Shown: positions 62,881 to 64,000 of the stretch, piece after piece
How positions within the stretch are numbered: position 1 is the stretch's first letter
Layout of the letters: every line of letters starts with the position of its first letter
Assembly (NCBI GenBank): GCA_964438515.1
Contig: CAYTLK010000003.1
Span: 20,195-84,194, forward strand
DNA: 64,000 bases
Origin: an uncultured Planctomycetaceae bacterium
GTDB taxonomy: Bacteria; Planctomycetota; Planctomycetia; Pirellulales; Thermoguttaceae
Reading direction: 5' to 3'
Position numbers and translations under genes: made by a program
The notes under the pieces: generated by a model
Seen by the model: only the letters and a program-made list of their open reading frames with translations
Database searches by the model: none
Told to the model about the DNA's origin: nothing

Positions 62881-63232
62881 TTTTCGAGAAAATTATACAT
62901 TCCTTTATATCGGCAAAAACGACTGCGCAATTTAGAAAAAATTTAACGATCATTCTGATTAAAGAGATTATTCTGTCTGCAGAGTGCCAAAAATAGGGGT
63001 GATTTCAGAAAAAAAAGATCGGCTTAATCGAAAAAACATTCATGAAAGATCGAAAATCAACATTCAAAAATTTTTTTCCTTACGACCGAGAGCGGCATTA
63101 CAGAAACTCCGCCACAGTGCAAAACGCCCCCTCAAAGCGCAACGTTCACAGTACGATTTTCGCACAATATCGTTTTTTTACAAAAAAAGTTCTGACTTGA
63201 GTTTTTTAGTACTTCCTTTTAATATTGTTTCC

Positions 63233-64000
63233 TCAATGGAACACGCGCACCTCCACCCCCGTCCGATTCCGAATTCTGTCTGCAAAATCATTCAGTATTT
63301 CCACTTCGAGCGGCTGACACTCGGAAACCTGCGGCGGCCGGCACACCGTATGAAGCTGAATGTGCTGGATTTTTCCGCCTTCATCATGAATTTTCAGAAC
63401 GCGGGCGATATACGCATCCACCTCTTTCAAACTCGGTGCCTCGCCGCCCATTCGGGAAAAAAGGGTCTGAAGAATAATCGGGTCGCGCCGCGCAAACTTC
63501 GAAATTCCCGCCAGAACCGTTTCCAGTGGAACCGCCGAACGATTGATTTTTTTGTAATATTCCTCCGTTCCAGCATCGAGTTTCGCCCAAATTTCGCCGT
63601 GATTCGCAAGCAGCGTCTCCAACGTTGGTAAAAGCGATTCGTTCCCTAACCGCGTCGCGTTCGTTATAAGTACAATTTTCATTTCTTTTGCGGCGGCTCG
63701 AAACGCCTCGTCGGGACCGTTTTTTATGCGAGAACTCCGAATTTCAACAGCGAGCGCCGCCGTTTGCGCAAAAAACGGCGACATCGTCGGCTCCCCGTTT
63801 CCGCTGAACGCAATATCGTTTACGCGCCGTTGCGAGACGGGAACGTCGAGAAAATAAGGATGTTTGAAAATCGCACCAGAAAGCGCAAAATCCGCACAAG
63901 TTTCTAGTTCCGCCTTCAATTTTGAAAAACAAACGGTAGTTCCGGGATGAATCTGTTCGGGAATTACCTGACAGTAAACGCAATGAAAATTGCATTCGTT
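63233..64000 (-). CDS. radical SAM protein, N-terminus truncated by the window edge
   Basis: Translating the same frame upstream of the tracked TTG gives NECNFHCVYCQVIPEQ, the CxxxCxxC radical-SAM cluster motif. FSGNGEPT (the GGEP-type SAM-binding motif) lies downstream. The frame is open to position 64000. Confidence 0.8.
   Translation of the reverse strand, partial: NECNFHCVYCQVIPEQIHPGTTVCFSKLKAELETCADFALSGAIFKHPYFLDVPVSQRRVNDIAFSGNGEPTMSPFFAQTAALAVEIRSSRIKNGPDEAFRAAAKEMKIVLITNATRLGNESLLPTLETLLANHGEIWAKLDAGTEEYYKKINRSAVPLETVLAGISKFARRDPIILQTLFSRMGGEAPSLKEVDAYIARVLKIHDEGGKIQHIQLHTVCRPPQVSECQPLEVEILNDFADRIRNRTGVEVRVFH

Noticed and set aside
1-64000. Scan for mobile elements, prophage genes, toxin-antitoxin or defence-system genes, tRNA/rRNA/tmRNA, and CRISPR arrays.
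   Set aside because: No transposase, integrase, recombinase, capsid, terminase, restriction-enzyme or Cas-like motifs appear in any listed ORF. There is no tRNA-like GGTTCGAATCC T-arm in intergenic DNA. RNase P RNA is the only recognisable RNA gene.

Overview
64-kb chromosomal window that looks like a PVC-superphylum bacterium (Planctomycetota/Lentisphaerota/Kiritimatiellota-like). The evidence is a DUF1559 protein with a prepilin-type N-terminal methylation motif, two PEP-CTERM-anchored surface proteins, several exported glycoside-hydrolase-like enzymes, and many in-frame low-complexity inserts. I can support about 42 protein genes (one a decayed pseudogene, two cut by the window edges) and one RNase P RNA. 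I found no tRNA or rRNA, no CRISPR array, and no transposase, integrase or phage genes. The left third (1-22.7 kb) is a glycan-utilisation neighbourhood: two sugar-phosphate-isomerase paralogs, a six-hairpin GH-like protein, GH106-like and GHL10-like enzymes, a BNR sialidase-like protein, a GH2 remnant, and PATR and LamG PEP-CTERM proteins. It is interrupted by an etfB-etfA-acyl-CoA dehydrogenase operon and by rnpB. The middle (22.8-37.4 kb) is a 14.6-kb co-directional minus-strand string: large orphan protein, membrane protein, folP, a 2,409-aa ORF, then two glycosyltransferases. That 2,409-aa ORF is the most unusual object here: two complete UvrA units fused head to tail, followed by an unassigned ~368-aa C-terminal domain. 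The right part carries housekeeping genes (pyrD, thiL, htrA-like, truB, trpS), a PfkB kinase, tandem M42 peptidases, an SDR, a YhcH-family protein, a DUF11 surface protein and an M16 peptidase. It ends with a 670-nt ORF-free region, an HTH-plus-degenerate-receiver regulator, and an uncharacterised three-gene module (two paralogous membrane-anchored coiled-coil proteins plus an acidic tail-anchored protein). Two families of structured intergenic repeats are present. R1 has three copies, two of them immediately 3' of stop codons. R2 has two 102-nt copies, each ending 16 nt before the start codon of a metallopeptidase gene. Perfect 8-21-nt tandem duplications recur in intergenic DNA. All family assignments come from motif recognition by eye, and no database search was possible.
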